Positions 61,597 to 64,000 of a stretch of 64,000 nt of DNA are shown in pieces (position 1 is the first letter of the stretch; every line of letters starts with the position of its first letter). Source of the DNA: Intestinirhabdus alba. GTDB taxonomy: Bacteria > Pseudomonadota > Gammaproteobacteria > Enterobacterales > Enterobacteriaceae. The position numbers and the translations under genes were made by a program. The DNA is taken from contig NZ_WMJZ01000019.1 of the NCBI RefSeq assembly GCF_009711095.1, positions 36,899 to 100,898 on the forward strand, written 5' to 3'. A model generated the notes under the pieces. The model searched no databases and was not told where the DNA came from. It saw only the letters and a list, made by a program, of their open reading frames with translations.

Positions 61597-62988
61597 TTAT
61601 TCCTCATAGGTCAGCGTGTAGGTGGTTTGCGTTTTTCCGTCGGCATCGATGGTGTAGAGATGGGTGCAGTCCTTTTCCATTAAAAAGCCGTCGTCAAACG
61701 GGTAGATATCCTGTATTCCCGGCGAAGGGATGGTCCAGAGTACCGCGCCGCTATCAGGATCAAGCTTTTGCAGATTATAGGCTGCATCCGGGCTGGCGTT
61801 TTCTTTTACGGCAATAAACAAATTTTTCTGGTCATAATACATAATGACGGGTGAGAAATAGATGCGATCCGGATCGGTAAGATTCTTAAAATTAATGATG
61901 CGATATCGGTCAGCGTCATCCAGAACTCTTATTTTGGTCGCTGGTCCGACATAGGTTTTTGATTCAGGATCGTAGCCCTCATACCAGTTTAATCTCTGTG
62001 GAATAGATATCGGGCCACCGTTATTATTCAGGTAGGTAATTTTGATTAACTCCTTTTTGTCCCCTTCCTTAGGGAACTTCGGCCCAACAAATTTGTAGAG
62101 GGTTGCCGGGCTGTGGTCAGGAAGCAGATTGCGCATAAAATGGCTGGCATTATAAATAGCATCATCGCCCGCATAAACTTTATCAATTACGGGATAATAG
62201 TACAGCCGTTTGCCATCATTGCTCAGAATGGTAAAGCCGCTGCCCTGGCTGTGGGAGACAAAATCAATGGTGGCAATGCCGGACTGAAACGCTTTGTGGC
62301 CGGAAAAAAACGTTTCGCCCACGGGATCTATCGACAACGTATCACTATTCAGCTGAAATAATTCACGCTGGAGTAGAATAAGATAAATTTTGCCATCCGC
62401 AAATTCCCGGATACTCCAGCTCTTCGAGGGTGTTCCCCATCTCGCTTTGGCGTGGGAGTTAATGCGCACCTTTTTTACAATTTTCTTTGTAGTAAGATCG
62501 GTAAAAACCGCGTAGAAGCCGCTTTCTGGATCGTCCGCCTGCTGCTGGACACCACTTCCCGAAACTTTTTCAACCACAGAAAGGTAGATTTTTTGCTGCG
62601 AATGGGGCAAAAACGAACAGACAAATGTGGTATAGCGGGCCGGCTTTTTTAGCTCCGATGTCGGAGACGCGGTAGTGCTGGTGCTGGACGAAGTGTGCTT
62701 TACCGGGATGGCCGCTTTTTCGAACCGGAAAAAAAGGGTCAGCGCGCCGGACAGTAACAGCAGGCCAACGACAATCAGGCCCAGCGTCTTCAGCAGCCTG
62801 ATCTCATCCTCAGGGAGGCATTCTTTATGCGGCGGCGGTTCATGATGGCGGATATGAACGTTAATATCGTCATTGTCCAGATAATACTCGCTATGACAGC
62901 TCTGACAAAGATAGTGTTCGGCTGCAAGCGCTGTTTTTTGCGTGCTTCCGCATTGCGGACATTTAATTGTTTTTAGCTGTTTTGCCAT
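61597..62988 (-). CDS. zinc-ribbon / single-TM / periplasmic beta-rich domain protein of unknown function
   Basis: 463 aa. N-terminal CPQCGS...CQSCHS zinc ribbon, TM helix LGLIVVGLLLLSGALTLFF, Ser/Thr-rich linker, and a ~330-aa C-terminal domain with no motif I recognise. Lower GC than the host genes. ATG at 62988. Confidence 0.75.
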   Translation of the reverse strand: MAKQLKTIKCPQCGSTQKTALAAEHYLCQSCHSEYYLDNDDINVHIRHHEPPPHKECLPEDEIRLLKTLGLIVVGLLLLSGALTLFFRFEKAAIPVKHTSSSTSTTASPTSELKKPARYTTFVCSFLPHSQQKIYLSVVEKVSGSGVQQQADDPESGFYAVFTDLTTKKIVKKVRINSHAKARWGTPSKSWSIREFADGKIYLILLQRELFQLNSDTLSIDPVGETFFSGHKAFQSGIATIDFVSHSQGSGFTILSNDGKRLYYYPVIDKVYAGDDAIYNASHFMRNLLPDHSPATLYKFVGPKFPKEGDKKELIKITYLNNNGGPISIPQRLNWYEGYDPESKTYVGPATKIRVLDDADRYRIINFKNLTDPDRIYFSPVIMYYDQKNLFIAVKENASPDAAYNLQKLDPDSGAVLWTIPSPGIQDIYPFDDGFLMEKDCTHLYTIDADGKTQTTYTLTYEE

Positions 62989-63504
62989 ATTGAAATAAAA
63001 CCATAGGTTCCCCGTCAGGCACCTGCCGCAGAGAAAAAGTGACGTTTAAGGAGAGCGGAACGCTTTCCAACCGATGCGCGGGATTAAATAAAAAGCGCGC
63101 GATATGCGGATGATTTGAATATCGGTATCGGTAAAAAATAATTATTTATATTCATGTAACCTTCCTTAGTATTTATGAAAATTATAGATTTGCGTTTATT
63201 CCCTCCCGATGGCGGCGATCGGCGCTGCCGGTGGGGCTGCCACGATAAATTCATCGCTCGACGCCCGGAAAGTGGCAGATAAAAACGCAATTAACGGCAC
63301 TTCCGGGGCGATGTTACTTGAAACCCTGGATGAGATAAAGCCTGCGGTCCGGACGTTCTGTTCCGAATTTTGCTATGGGAGGTTTTTTAACGGTCGGGCA
63401 AGGGCTGGCGCGCCCCGGGGCGGACTGGAGAACGTCTGGTGTAACCACTTTTACGTTACCGAACGAGTCTGACTGGATTTTATTGGTTGAGGAATTCAGG
63501 TCAT

Positions 63505-64000
63505 ATGCCTTATCCAGGCATACAGAGCGTGGGGGAAATAGCGAGATGTGTTGTCACGCTGGAAACAGAGTGGCCGCGCTCAACAGCCTGTTTTACCGCT
63601 TTGATTTTAAACACTTTGAATCGTCACTGGTTTTTACAAACATCGCTTTTAAGGCAAATTGAAAAATGGACGGGGAGAGGCAGAGATCCCGTAGAGGTTG
63701 CCAGGGAAGAGTACGCAGCCAGAGTCGTTGCAGAGCGAGAAGCGGAGGAAAAACGACTGGCGGAAGAACGTGAGCGTAATCGTGTCTTTGCCAAATCCTG
63801 CCTTCGTGGTGAAGGTTGTAATGATGCCGGAGAAGAGCAGGAACCTCATACTAATTTTGCGGCAATGGCATTTTATCAGGCAGTTCCATCAGCTGATCCA
63901 GCTTTCGAGACTGATGTTCCCCAACATGCTCAGACTGCCAGGAAAAAGAAACCAGCAGAGGAGATCCCGGAACCCAGGAAGCGAAGCTCCTTTTATAAAT
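63505..64000 (+). CDS. hypothetical protein, 5' partial (runs off the window end)
   Basis: Open frame of 165+ codons from the ATG at 63505 with no stop before the window end (MPYPGIQSVGEIARCVV...EAEEKRLAEERERNRVFAK...). Charged/low-complexity middle. Not in the ORF track because it has no stop. Confidence 0.45.
   Translation, partial: MPYPGIQSVGEIARCVVTLETEWPRSTACFTALILNTLNRHWFLQTSLLRQIEKWTGRGRDPVEVAREEYAARVVAEREAEEKRLAEERERNRVFAKSCLRGEGCNDAGEEQEPHTNFAAMAFYQAVPSADPAFETDVPQHAQTARKKKPAEEIPEPRKRSSFYK

Noticed and set aside
63084-63662. Overlapping 68-95 aa ORFs in the 63.0-63.6 kb region
   Set aside because: They overlap each other in different frames inside an AT-rich promoter-like stretch. 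None has an SD, so I treated the region as non-coding.

Overview
This is a high-GC enterobacterial chromosomal segment, Salmonella/Klebsiella/Citrobacter-like by synteny, and it is almost fully coding. From left to right it carries gnd and wzz on the plus strand. The complete histidine operon hisGDCBHAF-IE follows on the minus strand, with its leader peptide hisL and attenuator. Next come the yee-region genes yeeZ, plaP (yeeF) and sbcB, then a ClbS-like DUF1706 gene, dacD, sbmC with a LexA box upstream, yeeA and yeeX. The complete 21-gene 1,2-propanediol utilisation microcompartment operon pduA-B-C-D-E-G-H-J-K-L-M-N-O-P-Q-S-T-U-V-W-X lies on the minus strand. It is divergent from pduF-pocR, which is followed by a cobalamin riboswitch and the complete 20-gene cbiABCDETFGHJKLMNQOP-cobUST B12 operon. 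The strongest candidate for a new system lies directly after cobT. A ~2.7 kb low-GC insertion (~42% GC against ~60-67% in the flanks) carries a single 823-aa ORF with an N-terminal TIR domain, a central P-loop (STAND-like) NTPase with an unusual Walker A, and a C-terminal TPR-like helical array. It sits between cobT and ldtA (erfK), which are immediate neighbours in E. coli and Salmonella. It looks like a single-gene NLR-type antiphage (or NAD-depleting abortive-infection) module. Downstream of ldtA there is a co-transcribed pair of unknown function: a zinc-ribbon/TM/periplasmic-domain protein and an SPFH-SHOCT protein. A partial ORF runs off the window end. Regulatory features I can support are several rho-independent terminators, the his attenuator, a LexA box, the B12 riboswitch, and a duplicated ~110-bp promoter-proximal block shared by the pduF-side and cob control regions, which I propose as PocR-regulon sites. 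The ORF track marks GTG/TTG starts as M, so I re-checked several starts against the sequence.
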